From NCBI GenBank assembly GCA_002868955.1, contig PKTW01000022.1, positions 1-59,245 of the forward strand: a DNA stretch of 59,245 nt. Reading direction: 5' to 3'. The number at the start of each line of letters is the position of its first letter. Within the stretch, counting starts at the first letter, position 1. Both the position numbers and the translations under genes were made by a program. Shown here piece after piece: positions 47,162 through 57,017 of the stretch. The notes under the pieces were generated by a model. That model was not told where the DNA came from. It saw nothing but the letters and a program-made list of their open reading frames with translations, and did no database searches. This DNA comes from Desulfobulbaceae bacterium. Lineage in GTDB: Bacteria; Desulfobacterota; Desulfobulbia; Desulfobulbales; BM004.

Positions 47162-48101
47162 ATGTGAATACCCTGCTGAATTTCTCGTGGCACGCCTGCT
47201 GGGGAAAAAAGGGGCTCTTTTCCGCAACTGGGAGTTTCTCATTACCAGCAACGATCCTGTCGAGAGTTTGCAGAACACGCCTTTCTATATTTTTTTGAAG
47301 AAAGACGCTGCGCCTGACATATGGCGATTCCTGCGCCATGAACACCTCTGGGTTTATAAAAGGATGAACAATAAACTGCGCAACCAGTTCGAACCCTATT
47401 TTGTGTATCATGAGATCAACCCCCTCCTTGTGTGTCTGCGCTATTTGTCCTGCAAGAAAGAAATTAATCATATCGCGCAAGCCCTGCATAACAGTCTCCT
47501 GCACAACGACATACAAGATATCCTGACCAGCAGTCTTGACTTTGTCTCGATACTGCAGGCGCTTGAATCCCGTCTCTGCACCTCTTCTGTTTCTTTTAAT
47601 GGTTTACGTGAAAACTATGCGAAAGGAGGCTTCGCTGCACTGGAAGTTTTTATAAGGGATTGTTTTTTTGCCTCCCTTTTGTCCCGGAAACAACCTTTCA
47701 TGGTGAAGGATTTCCTGCAATACATGGTTGATTTTCATAATTGCATATCCATGGCTAAGACCCTGCGCTGGCAGATCGAGGCAGAACCGACTCTGACCTC
47801 CGGGGGAACTGAGCCGCTTGACCGGTTTAACGATGCATACTTTCATAAAGACCTGACTCCTGTATTAAAGTATCTGCACCTCAAGGACGCTGATGATGCC
47901 GTCTCTACCATACAGAAACTGGAAACCGCCCTGCTGCGCTTCATAAGCAGAAAACTGCAAAGCCGATTTTTGCAGCGAACAGCTGTCGGGGATATCCTGT
48001 TTTACCTGTGGGAACAGTATCGCTATACCCGTAATATCAGTTTGGTGCTCAACACAATGCTCTTGGATGATGAACCTGTAAGGGAAAGTATCGTCGCATG
48101 A
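47127..48101 (+). CDS. ntpC: V-type ATPase subunit C (d-type)
   Basis: About 325-aa helical protein at the C position of the I-K-E-C-F-A-B-D order. Start is uncertain: 47106 or 47127. Confidence 0.72.
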   Translation: MSHPGLLKTLNECEYPAEFLVARLLGKKGALFRNWEFLITSNDPVESLQNTPFYIFLKKDAAPDIWRFLRHEHLWVYKRMNNKLRNQFEPYFVYHEINPLLVCLRYLSCKKEINHIAQALHNSLLHNDIQDILTSSLDFVSILQALESRLCTSSVSFNGLRENYAKGGFAALEVFIRDCFFASLLSRKQPFMVKDFLQYMVDFHNCISMAKTLRWQIEAEPTLTSGGTEPLDRFNDAYFHKDLTPVLKYLHLKDADDAVSTIQKLETALLRFISRKLQSRFLQRTAVGDILFYLWEQYRYTRNISLVLNTMLLDDEPVRESIVA

Positions 48102-48421
48102 ATAAACGAATTATTTTTATTACACCAGAAGATGCCACGCATGGTTTCAATCTTGCCGGTTTTGAGCAGCTTGTATGCACAAGCGAAGAATTGGAGTCCC
48201 TTTTGCACCAATTTGTCCAAAAATCGGAATATGGGCTTTTTGTTATTGATGAACGACTTGTAACCGAAAGCATCGATAACAGGCTGCGGGAGATGGAAAG
48301 AGGACTGAACCTGGTTTTCGTTATCATGCCTCCACCTCAGGAAATGGAAGCCAAAAGAGAAGATTATGCTGTGCGTCTTTTGCGCAAGGCCATCGGCTAT
48401 CATATGCAATTGAACCTATGA
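48098..48421 (+). CDS. ntpF: V-type ATPase subunit F
   Basis: 107 aa with N-terminus IIFITPEDATHGFNLAGF. It shows 4-nt start/stop overlaps with both neighbours. Confidence 0.8.
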   Translation: MNKRIIFITPEDATHGFNLAGFEQLVCTSEELESLLHQFVQKSEYGLFVIDERLVTESIDNRLREMERGLNLVFVIMPPPQEMEAKREDYAVRLLRKAIGYHMQLNL

Positions 48422-50037
48422 AAAAAGAGACCTTGGGGAAAATAATTTCCATCTCAGGTGCAACAGTCCGCACTGACCTGACAGGTCTAACCCTTTTTGA
48501 AAGGGTATCAGTGGGAGAGCATAACCTGACCGGGGAAGTCGTAAGACTGGAGAAGGATGAAGCTGTTCTGCAGGTATATGAGGACCCGAGCGGCCTTGGC
48601 CTTAATGAACCTGTACAGGGACATGGAGTTTCACTTGCAACAACACTTGGGCCTGGCCTGCTGTCTGTTATGTTTGACGGTTTGCAGAGACCACTTGATG
48701 CGTTACTCGAAAAAACAGGCTCCTTTATTCATCCTATTCACCTGCCCTCCACGCTTGATTTCACGAAACAATGGTCCTTTACCCCGCTCGTCAACAGAGG
48801 TGACACTGTCGCAGGTGGTGTTAAGATCGGTTACATTGATGAAGGCCCTTTTCAGCATCCAATTATAATTCCAGCTGACAAAAACGGCAGGGTGAAAAGT
48901 ATTGCCCAGGGCACAATAACCCTGGATGAGCCTTTGTGTGAACTAGACGATGGCAGCATGATCTTCGGCCATGAAAGCTGGTCTATGCGAATCCCGCGTC
49001 CCTACAGAAAAAAAATCAGCCCCCAGGGGCCTGTTATTACAGGGCAGCGCATAATAGACTTTCTGTTTCCCCTGGCACGGGGGGGGACATCTATCATTCC
49101 CGGCGGTTTTGGCACCGGTAAGACAATTCTGGAACAGACCATAGCAAAACATGCTGATGTCGATATCGTCATTTATGCCGGCTGCGGTGAACGCGGCAAC
49201 GAGATGTCGGAGCTGATCGAGGAGTTCCTGCACCTGGTTGATCCTCGGACAAATTGTCCTTTAATGGACAGAACCGTTCTCGTGGTTAATACCTCGAACA
49301 TGCCTGTAGCTGCAAGGGAAGCATCTATTTATACTGCAGTAACTCTGGGTGAATATTATCGCGATCTTGGCTTTCATGTCCTGCTGTTGGCTGATTCAAT
49401 TTCCCGTTGGGCCGAAGCGCTCCGGGAAATATCTTCCTCATTGGAAGAAATGCCCGGCGAAGAAGGATACCCAACGTACCTGGCCTCCCGCCTTTCATCC
49501 TTTGTGGAAAGGGCCGGAGTGGTTGAAACACTTTCCGGTGACATAGGCTCTCTCAGCATGATTCTTTCCGTTTCGCCTCCGGGTGGGGATTTTACCGAAC
49601 CTGTAACACAGGCACTTTTGAGAACAGCAGGTGCCTTTTTGATGCTTGACACAACCCTGGCCAACAGCAGGCATTTTCCGGCAATCAACTGGATGCAGAG
49701 TTATTCACTCTATCAGAATATCCTTGCTGATTATTTTAAGAACAATGTTTCCAATGACTGGGAAGTCTTGCGCAATCTCTGCCGTGAAATCATGCATAAG
49801 GAGGAATCTCTTAAAGAGATTATGGAAATTGTTGGTATTGAAGGTTTACAGGAACAGGATCGTCTGGTGATGACTGTCGCTGAAAAGATCCGTTCTGATT
49901 TCCTGGCACAAAACGCCTACACAGCAGATGCTTTCTGTGAACCCCAAAAGACAATGGATATGATTCGCAGCATCACTGACCAGTTTCTGAGAGGGCAGAA
50001 CCAGACAGCCGGGAAGGGTGAAAATGAGACTCTCTGA
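48418..50037 (+). CDS. ntpA: V-type ATPase catalytic subunit A
   Basis: 539 aa with Walker A GGFGTGKT. GERGNEM and LADSISRWAEALREIS are typical of A subunits. Confidence 0.93.
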   Translation: MKKETLGKIISISGATVRTDLTGLTLFERVSVGEHNLTGEVVRLEKDEAVLQVYEDPSGLGLNEPVQGHGVSLATTLGPGLLSVMFDGLQRPLDALLEKTGSFIHPIHLPSTLDFTKQWSFTPLVNRGDTVAGGVKIGYIDEGPFQHPIIIPADKNGRVKSIAQGTITLDEPLCELDDGSMIFGHESWSMRIPRPYRKKISPQGPVITGQRIIDFLFPLARGGTSIIPGGFGTGKTILEQTIAKHADVDIVIYAGCGERGNEMSELIEEFLHLVDPRTNCPLMDRTVLVVNTSNMPVAAREASIYTAVTLGEYYRDLGFHVLLLADSISRWAEALREISSSLEEMPGEEGYPTYLASRLSSFVERAGVVETLSGDIGSLSMILSVSPPGGDFTEPVTQALLRTAGAFLMLDTTLANSRHFPAINWMQSYSLYQNILADYFKNNVSNDWEVLRNLCREIMHKEESLKEIMEIVGIEGLQEQDRLVMTVAEKIRSDFLAQNAYTADAFCEPQKTMDMIRSITDQFLRGQNQTAGKGENETL

Positions 50038-51358
50038 ACATAAATACCGGACTACATCCAGAATAGCCGGCCAACTGCTTTATGTTGAAAATGTTCATGC
50101 TGCACGGATCGGCGAAGTCGTCAAAGTTTTCGGGCCGCATAATATAGCACTTGAGGGAGAAATTCTTGAGATAGTCAGAGACAATATCCTCATACAGCTC
50201 TTTGGCGAAACAAGAGGGCTTAACACGGAAGATCTGGAAATCGTATTTACCGATACGATTCGGCAGGTTCCTCTTGCCAGGGATATTATCGGCAGAAGAT
50301 TTAACGGCTCCTTTGCACCGCTTGACGGATTGCCGATGTTTTATGCATCTGAATGGCGACCGGCCCGGGGGTATCCAATCAATCCGGTCGCCAGGCTCAA
50401 GCCGGAAGAGTTTATTGAAACGGGGATATCCGCCATCGACGGCCTCAACACTCTTGTAAAAGGTCAGAAACTGCCCATCTTTTCCTGTGCAGGGTTGCCG
50501 GCTAAGGAATTGGTGGCACATATCCTACAAAACGCCAGACTGCGGGAAAGCTCCAAAAGATTCGCGGTCATTTTTGTAGCATTGGGGCTAACCTTCCATG
50601 AATACTCTTTTTACCTTGATGCCCTGCAGAATATTGAGTCTGAATTTGTTGCCATTATCAACATGGCAGATGATCCGGTAATGGAACGCTTGATGGCGCC
50701 CCGTTTTGCCCTGACTGTGGCTGAATACCTGGCGTTTGACCATGACATGGATATTCTTGTCCTGGTAACGGATATGACGAACTACTGTGATGCCCTGCGG
50801 GAGATATCCAATGCCAGGAAAGAACTCCCCGGGCGTCGCGGTTATCAGGGTTATATGTATTCAGACCTTGCCTCTCTTTATGAACGGGCCGGACGCATAA
50901 GGGATTCTAAAGGATCAATAACCATGATTCCAGTAATCACCATGCCGGAAGATGATATCACCCACCCTATTCCTGATTTGACCGGATATATAACTGAAGG
51001 GCAGATCGTTTTAAGCCGTGAATTGCACCAGCAGGGAATTTTTCCACCTATTGACGTCCTGCCGAGTCTCTCCAGGTTGATGCAAAAAGGCATAGGACCA
51101 GGAAAGACCCGGGATGACCATAGAGACTTGGCTAATCAGCTGTACAAGAACTATGCAAAAGGGAGAGAATTAAAAAAGCTTGAGGCTATTGTCGGAAGAG
51201 ACGGCATGGCTGAAACCGACCAGTTGCTCCTTGATTTTGCTGTTGTATTTGAGAATGAATTTATTCACCAGGAAAAGCAGACCCGCTCTATTTATAATAC
51301 CCTGGACAAAGGCTCGGAGATCCTCGGGAGATTTAATCTTCTCCAGCATAATTTGTAA
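50024..51358 (+). CDS. ntpB: V-type ATPase subunit B
   Basis: ATG at 50024; the ORF track uses GTG at 50018. Motifs typical of B subunits are present (TDMTNYCDALREIS, GRRGYQGYMYSDLA). Confidence 0.93.
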   Translation: MRLSEHKYRTTSRIAGQLLYVENVHAARIGEVVKVFGPHNIALEGEILEIVRDNILIQLFGETRGLNTEDLEIVFTDTIRQVPLARDIIGRRFNGSFAPLDGLPMFYASEWRPARGYPINPVARLKPEEFIETGISAIDGLNTLVKGQKLPIFSCAGLPAKELVAHILQNARLRESSKRFAVIFVALGLTFHEYSFYLDALQNIESEFVAIINMADDPVMERLMAPRFALTVAEYLAFDHDMDILVLVTDMTNYCDALREISNARKELPGRRGYQGYMYSDLASLYERAGRIRDSKGSITMIPVITMPEDDITHPIPDLTGYITEGQIVLSRELHQQGIFPPIDVLPSLSRLMQKGIGPGKTRDDHRDLANQLYKNYAKGRELKKLEAIVGRDGMAETDQLLLDFAVVFENEFIHQEKQTRSIYNTLDKGSEILGRFNLLQHNL

Positions 51359-51382
51359 AAAAAATGACAGAGGCATAGGATT

Positions 51383-52009
51383 ATGATCCATCCAACCAGG
51401 ACCAACCTCCTCCTGCTCAAAGAAAAGTCTTCTTCTGTCAGCAATTCCATAGGGATTCTTAAATCGAGGCGCCAGGCGCTAATTATTGAGTTTTTAAAGA
51501 CTTCAACTCCATACCTTGAATCACGCAAATCTATTCGGCAATTATATGGAGAAGGCATTGTCGAGCTTTTTTTCAGTTTAGGCCATGCAGGTGAATCTGT
51601 AATTGATTCGATAGGTGCAGTGACAGCCAGGGAATTTGGTGTTGAAATTACAAGCAGGAAACTCTGGGGCCTGGAATACAAGGAGATTTCTCCGCGGGAA
51701 TCCGCAGTGCGTGACATTAATGCAAGAAATTATGATATCCGGGGTACCACTGCCAACCTGGAAGAAGCAACGTGGCGTTTTGAGAAAATAGTTGATGCCA
51801 TAATGGACATTGCTGAATATGACAACAAACTGCAACGCCTGAGCAGGGAAATCATCCAGACTACGAGGAGGGTCAGGGTTCTTGAAGAACGCATTCTGCC
51901 AAAACTGAAACGGCAAATAAAGTCAATTACTCAATATCTTGGTGAACGCGAAAGGGAAACTTATTTCCGGTTGAAACAATTCAAAGAGATCAAGCATGCG
52001 GCAAATTAA
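51383..52009 (+). CDS. ntpD: V-type ATPase subunit D
   Basis: 208 aa with N-terminus HPTRTNLLLLK and a long coiled coil. Confidence 0.88.
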   Translation: MIHPTRTNLLLLKEKSSSVSNSIGILKSRRQALIIEFLKTSTPYLESRKSIRQLYGEGIVELFFSLGHAGESVIDSIGAVTAREFGVEITSRKLWGLEYKEISPRESAVRDINARNYDIRGTTANLEEATWRFEKIVDAIMDIAEYDNKLQRLSREIIQTTRRVRVLEERILPKLKRQIKSITQYLGERERETYFRLKQFKEIKHAAN

Positions 52010-52047
52010 GTCCAGGCAATCTTTATGCAGGTTAATAAAGGCATGGA

Positions 52048-52491
52048 TCAGTTTATTTTTTCACTTTTGAGCAACATGGGTATTTTCAGGAGCTTGATAC
52101 CCTCTTCTTTTAATTTTTTTTCTTCAGACTCCGTGGTTACACCCCGAAGATTGCGTGGTTCAGCCACACCGTAGTGTATCTTGAGGGACTCCTTTGCCAG
52201 ATCGACGCCAACATCCTCAAAGTTTTCTTCTACGAATTTCTGCAGGGTTGCCAGTGCTTTTTCTGCATCTGCCGGAGAAACCGATGCATCTGAAGAACAC
52301 TTATTTGCATAAGAAGCCTCACTTATTGATGACTGGAAATGTGTGGGCGAGAGAATTTTTCGTATCTCCCGGCTGCCGCAATGGGGACATGAAAGCAAAG
52401 ACGCAGTCTGCTGGCTTTCGAAATCGCTCCGGTCCTGAAACCAGCCTTCGAAAGTAAAGCCGCAGACACATGCCAGGTCAAAAACGATCAT
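52048..52491 (-). CDS. DUF1178 family zinc-ribbon protein
   Basis: The N-terminus MIVFDLACVCGFTFEGWF......LSCPHCGS is the DUF1178 signature. Confidence 0.8.
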   Translation of the reverse strand: MIVFDLACVCGFTFEGWFQDRSDFESQQTASLLSCPHCGSREIRKILSPTHFQSSISEASYANKCSSDASVSPADAEKALATLQKFVEENFEDVGVDLAKESLKIHYGVAEPRNLRGVTTESEEKKLKEEGIKLLKIPMLLKSEKIN

Positions 52492-52700
52492 AGAGAACCC
52501 TTTTATCTGATTTTAACGCTTTACCGCACTTTATGGTTATTATTAAAAATAGCATATTGGCTCTTGTCAATATTGAAAAAACAGGTGTTAGTGAAGAAAC
52601 ATAGTGTAAATTTTTTAAAATTCAGTTTTTTTAGTATTAATCTCTTTATATTGCATATATATTACCAATTTTATCATAAATAAAGATACATATAAAATTT

Positions 52701-52716
52701 AGGCACAACTCTTGCT
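52701..52716 (+). promoter_or_regulatory. sigma-54 (-24/-12) promoter candidate
   Basis: aGGCACaactcTTGCt matches TGGCAC-N5-TTGCW, with GG at 52702 and GC at 52714 in the exact 12-nt register. It lies 94 nt upstream of the P-II-like ATG. Confidence 0.6.
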
Positions 52717-52809
52717 TGAACTTATTATGACTTTTGATTGTTGCTATAACAGCAAATTTTTTTCTGTCGTCTACTTTCAGAAGGTTGGAGCACTAAGGAG
52801 CATATTAAC

Positions 52810-53127
52810 ATGAATGATCTTAGCCTTATCACCTGTATTGTCCAAAGAGGAAGAGCTGAAAAGGTAGTGGATGCCGCACTAAAAGCGGGTGCGCCGGGGG
52901 CAACCTATTTCTATGGGCGCGGGACTGGTGTCCGACAGAAACTCGGGGTCCTGTCAAAGCTAATTGTTCCCGAAAAAGAAATAATTTTGATTGTAACCAA
53001 GGATAGTCAGACCGATGCAGTATTTGATGCTATCATCAAGGCAGGCAAGCTTAATAAAAAGGGCCAGGGGTTTGCCTACATCCATAAAATCGATCGAGCT
53101 ATTGGATTTTTGGAAAATTATGCCTGA
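52810..53127 (+). CDS. P-II family signal-transduction-like protein
   Basis: 105 aa. ITCIVQRGRAEKVVDAALKAGAPGATYFYGRGTG has the P-II-like beta-alpha-beta start plus a T-loop-like segment. An AAGGAG RBS precedes it. Confidence 0.78.
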   Translation: MNDLSLITCIVQRGRAEKVVDAALKAGAPGATYFYGRGTGVRQKLGVLSKLIVPEKEIILIVTKDSQTDAVFDAIIKAGKLNKKGQGFAYIHKIDRAIGFLENYA

Positions 53128-53186
53128 TTATTATTAAAGGCATTGGAGCTATGAGTTAAATAGCTAATTAATAGATATAAATCCCC

Positions 53187-53678
53187 ATGATGCTTGGCAT
53201 AATAAAAGATTTCGCTTTAACCACGCTTGTCATTATCCTCAACCACTGGATATATGGCATTGAAGATACTATAGCATATGAATTTATAGTAAATTTCATC
53301 GCCAAAAACCGGACATTCTTTATTGCCTCAGGATTGGTAGGATCCATTGTCCTGCTGTTTTCTTCCGCCATGTTTGAAAATTTGGGGCTCTATAAAATCA
53401 CCTACGGGCTCAGCAAAATACTGATCAGAGTGAACCAGTTTCTGATCACCTTTCTCGCCATTCTCAATATTGTCTTCTATGCGGCTCTGGGCAACAACCT
53501 TATGCGAAATAATGGTTATCAGCTCCTGTTTGCGCTCGCTTTGGTTTTAGGCGCATCCTGCTGGGCCCTCCGCATAATCGATTTCAACCACCCCACCCGA
53601 AATACGATTTTGCCTGTGAGTGTGCTTACACTCATTTCAGTTATACTGGTCGAGTTTGGGCCCTATTTCAATTTCTAA
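53187..53678 (+). CDS. hypothetical polytopic membrane protein
   Basis: 163 aa with about 5 hydrophobic helices, 59 nt downstream of the P-II-like gene. No family recognised. Confidence 0.6.
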   Translation: MMLGIIKDFALTTLVIILNHWIYGIEDTIAYEFIVNFIAKNRTFFIASGLVGSIVLLFSSAMFENLGLYKITYGLSKILIRVNQFLITFLAILNIVFYAALGNNLMRNNGYQLLFALALVLGASCWALRIIDFNHPTRNTILPVSVLTLISVILVEFGPYFNF

Positions 53679-53706
53679 TAGTCCATCTGGTAGCGTTTTA
53701 TCTCTG

Positions 53707-54249
53707 CTAAAATGAATCGTAGTGGACAAATTCGTGTAATTCTCTGCGCTTGGGCGGTGATGGTTCATGATCCGGATAGCCCAGCGGAATGAGTACGAGT
53801 ACCTCGTGCTCAACTGGCAGTTTGATGATCTTGCCCACCTTGTCCTGGTCGAATAAGCCGACAATGACTGTTGCCAGACCGGAATCATGGGCTGCCAGGC
53901 AAAGATTCTGGGTTGCCAGGCCCAGGTCATACATGAACCAGTCACCAAATTTGGTTGGGTACTCATCATTATAGTAGCCTGATTTTTTTAGCTGGCCGCA
54001 GACCACCAGAAGAACAGGAGCATTGACAATTGCCAGGGAGGAGGGATTGCGGGCCGAGACTGTCTCCTGGATTTTTTTCTTTATCTCAGTATCTTTGACC
54101 ACAACAAAGTGCCAGCATTGGGTGTTGGCCCAGGATGGTGCCCAGCGCGCTGCCTCAAGAAGTTTGTTCAGTATTTCATCTGGAACCGCCTTCTCCTGGT
54201 AACGTCGGATGCTTCTTCTGTTTTGAATTGTATCCATTAATTCTGACAT
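53707..54249 (-). CDS. nitroreductase family protein
   Basis: 180 aa with RRSIRRY and ARWAPSWANTQCW. Confidence 0.88.
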   Translation of the reverse strand: MSELMDTIQNRRSIRRYQEKAVPDEILNKLLEAARWAPSWANTQCWHFVVVKDTEIKKKIQETVSARNPSSLAIVNAPVLLVVCGQLKKSGYYNDEYPTKFGDWFMYDLGLATQNLCLAAHDSGLATVIVGLFDQDKVGKIIKLPVEHEVLVLIPLGYPDHEPSPPKRRELHEFVHYDSF

Positions 54250-54271
54250 TTTCGTCCTCCTTTTTAACGAA

Positions 54272-54883
54272 TCAGCCTGCTATTTTTTTGGCGATAGATG
54301 CAACATGTCTGCCCTGAAAACGAGCGGCATCAAGCTCATTGTCACTCGGTTGTCTCTCCCCTTTGGCTCCGGCAATGGTTGAAGCTCCATAGGGAGAACC
54401 GCCGGTGATCTCATCCATGCGCATCTGCCCCTGAAAGGCATAAGGCAGCCCTACTATGATCATGCCAAGATGGAGCAGAGTCAGATGGAATGAGGTAACC
54501 GTAGTCTCCTGTCCTCCATGCTGCGTATTTGAGCTGGCAAAGACTGATCCCGGTTTACCGACCAGGGCTCCCGACATCCACAACTGGCCGGTGGCATCAA
54601 GGAACTGCCGCATCTGGCCGCACATGTTCCCGAATCGTGTCGGAGTACCGAAGATGACGCCATTCGCCTCACCAAGTTCCTCCACGGTACACACCGGCAC
54701 ATGGGACATTGCTTTCTGGGTTTCAACCGCACCCATTTTTTCCAGGACTTCCGGAGGCAGGGTTTCCGGAACCCTGCGCACAACTGCTTCGGCTCCTTCA
54801 ACCTGAGCCACGCCTTCGGCAACAGCCTGGGCCATCTTGTATATATGGCCGTACAGGGAATAAAACGGAATAAGTACTTTCAT
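54272..54883 (-). CDS. wrbA: NAD(P)H:quinone oxidoreductase, WrbA type (flavodoxin-like)
   Basis: 203 aa with [13 protein letters not shown] and [10 protein letters not shown]. Confidence 0.9.
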   Translation of the reverse strand: MKVLIPFYSLYGHIYKMAQAVAEGVAQVEGAEAVVRRVPETLPPEVLEKMGAVETQKAMSHVPVCTVEELGEANGVIFGTPTRFGNMCGQMRQFLDATGQLWMSGALVGKPGSVFASSNTQHGGQETTVTSFHLTLLHLGMIIVGLPYAFQGQMRMDEITGGSPYGASTIAGAKGERQPSDNELDAARFQGRHVASIAKKIAG

Positions 54884-54897
54884 GATTTCCTCCTCTT

Positions 54898-56454
54898 TTA
54901 TTTTTCCATCAGTACCGCACTTGTTATCTGAATACGGATAGCATTGAGTATCGCAGCATCCGCATAGGGGCCCAGATTGAGGTTGGTGTCATATGACTGT
55001 CCTGCAGGAATAACTGCCCTGAACCGGCGTGTGGTTTGCAGCGTTTTCCCGGAAGTATCGGGATACTGGATGGTCAGCTGCAGATCTTTGATTCCCAGTG
55101 GGGCCTGATTGTTTATCCTGGCCAAAACGTAGCCATCATTGTTTAAGCTTATCTGGATATGGATGTATTCGCCGGCATAACGCGGGAAATCAAGACGCAG
55201 AAGTGCAGCCCTTGCCTGTCTTCCAGCGGGTGAAGTAGACGAAGCTGCTTCAGTAAAGTATTGTTTTGCTCTCTGGGACGAACCTGATGACAACTCCAAT
55301 TCTCCAAGGCTGTTATAGGCTGTAGCAGTTGGCAGCAGCTTGGTGCTTTGTTGCAGATCGGCATAGGATTCAGCTGTGAGGTTCATTTGCTTCCTGGTCA
55401 AACCCCGCTGCAGATAATAGTAGAAATAGTTGCTGTTCAACTCGATGGCCCGGTCATAATCTGCCAGTGCTTCGTTATAGCGTTTTTCTTTGTAACGGAC
55501 ATCTCCCCGCAAGGCATAAAAATGACCCTCCCTGGGTTCAACGCCGATGGCTTCCTGGGCATATGCCAGTGCTTTGTTGGTATCACCTTTTTCCAGGGCT
55601 TCCCTGCCCTTGGCATAACTGTCATAAGCCTTTTTGTCTTTGACCAGGGAGGCGAGGCGCTCTTCATATGTAATTTTGCCCACTTTGCCTCCTGTTGGGA
55701 GACTGGCTGCAGTGGCTCTGTTGGCCTCGACGCGCGCCATGGAAGGGGGATGACTGGCAAAGAGGCCGGCCAGCCAGTTATGTGACCGGTTTTCATTCAG
55801 CCGGACAAAGGTTTCCTGAAGTTTGACGGCTGCCATAGGATCATAACCGGCTCTCGCCATGTACTGCATACCATAATAATCAGCTTCCAGTTCATCATCC
55901 CGGCCATATTTGGTATTGATTAAACCTGCTGCCACCTGGGCTCCGCCAACAACCAGGTTGCCATACTCATTGCTCTGGGTAGCAATGCTCGTCGCAATAA
56001 GCGCACCCTGAAGCATCATGCCTCGTTCCATTTGCTGCGCACCGTGCCGGGCGGCTGCGTGGACTATTTCATGCCCTAAGACAGCGGCAAGTTCGGCCTC
56101 GCTGTTCAGCTCCAGCAGGAGTCCTCTATTGATCGCTAATTTTCCACCGGGTAAAGCCCAGGCATTCGGGGTAGAATTATTGAGAACCGTAAACTCATAG
56201 GGCAATTTCCGGTCGCTGACAGCGGCCAACTTCTGCCCTACTTCGTTGACATATGCAGACAACTCAGGATTCACTGTATAGTCGCCGCCCTGCATCTGTC
56301 TGCTGGGGACGTAATTTTCCCTGCCGATATTTATTTCCTGGGACTCGGAAACCAGGGCAAGTTCGTTTTTGCCTGTTACAGGATTTACAGCACAGCCGTA
56401 AAGGAACACAAAGGACAGCAGAAGGATGAGCGTCTGGCGCATCAATGGCAGCAT
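54898..56454 (-). CDS. M48-family metallopeptidase with C-terminal TPR repeats (lipoprotein)
   Basis: I chose the ATG at 56454, behind AAGGAG. It has lipobox LYGC, zinc motif [10 protein letters not shown], and TPR-like repeats in the C-terminal half. Confidence 0.88.
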   Translation of the reverse strand: MLPLMRQTLILLLSFVFLYGCAVNPVTGKNELALVSESQEINIGRENYVPSRQMQGGDYTVNPELSAYVNEVGQKLAAVSDRKLPYEFTVLNNSTPNAWALPGGKLAINRGLLLELNSEAELAAVLGHEIVHAAARHGAQQMERGMMLQGALIATSIATQSNEYGNLVVGGAQVAAGLINTKYGRDDELEADYYGMQYMARAGYDPMAAVKLQETFVRLNENRSHNWLAGLFASHPPSMARVEANRATAASLPTGGKVGKITYEERLASLVKDKKAYDSYAKGREALEKGDTNKALAYAQEAIGVEPREGHFYALRGDVRYKEKRYNEALADYDRAIELNSNYFYYYLQRGLTRKQMNLTAESYADLQQSTKLLPTATAYNSLGELELSSGSSQRAKQYFTEAASSTSPAGRQARAALLRLDFPRYAGEYIHIQISLNNDGYVLARINNQAPLGIKDLQLTIQYPDTSGKTLQTTRRFRAVIPAGQSYDTNLNLGPYADAAILNAIRIQITSAVLMEK

Positions 56455-56545
56455 GGTGGTGATTCTCCTTTGCGAAGTATGATTAACATACAAATAATTA
56501 CAGTATGATAAACCTGCATAATGAAATCAAGAAGATTTCAGGACG

Positions 56546-56880
56546 TTAATTTTTTTCCAATTGGCAAAGTTTCTTTATAAACAACCGTCTGAAAGTTGAA
56601 GCATTTTTCCTGAAGCCGCAGCTGTAGATCATGCGTTTGTCCAGCATACATTCGTACAAGTCATTGCCAATATCGTAATGCTTTTCACCCACTTCATAGG
56701 ACCTTTTCAGGCATTGCTGGTTCAATACCAATTCAGAACAGTATGAGAAAAATTTTCATTGTGTACACGGATGTCCCAGGGGCAGGGGCTGTTCAGGTCT
56801 ACGTCGGCCAGGGCGAGAAGGTATTCGATGCGGTCATGTAATTTTTTCTTTGGCTTATGCAGCGCCACGGGATAATTCAT
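56546..56880 (-). pseudogene. cfa: remnant of a cyclopropane-fatty-acyl-phospholipid synthase gene (N-terminal ~110 codons, frameshifted, internally deleted and lacking the methyltransferase domain)
   Basis: Frame 1 (56880..56728) reads ...LLALADVDLNSPCPWDIRVHNENFSHTVLNWY*. The shifted frame (56731..56546) reads ...KRSYEVGEKHYDIGNDLYECMLDKRMIYSCGF..., and both segments are collinear with the E. coli Cfa N-terminus. Confidence 0.7.
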
Positions 56881-57017
56881 GTGCCCATACCAGGAAGAGA
56901 AAAAAACAATATTTTAAATATGATATATATTTTACAAAGTACCCATTTTAAAAAAAAATTCAAGGCGCAGATTTTTGTTCCTTTTCGCCAAGGCTGAAAG
57001 TATAGCCACTTCCTGTT

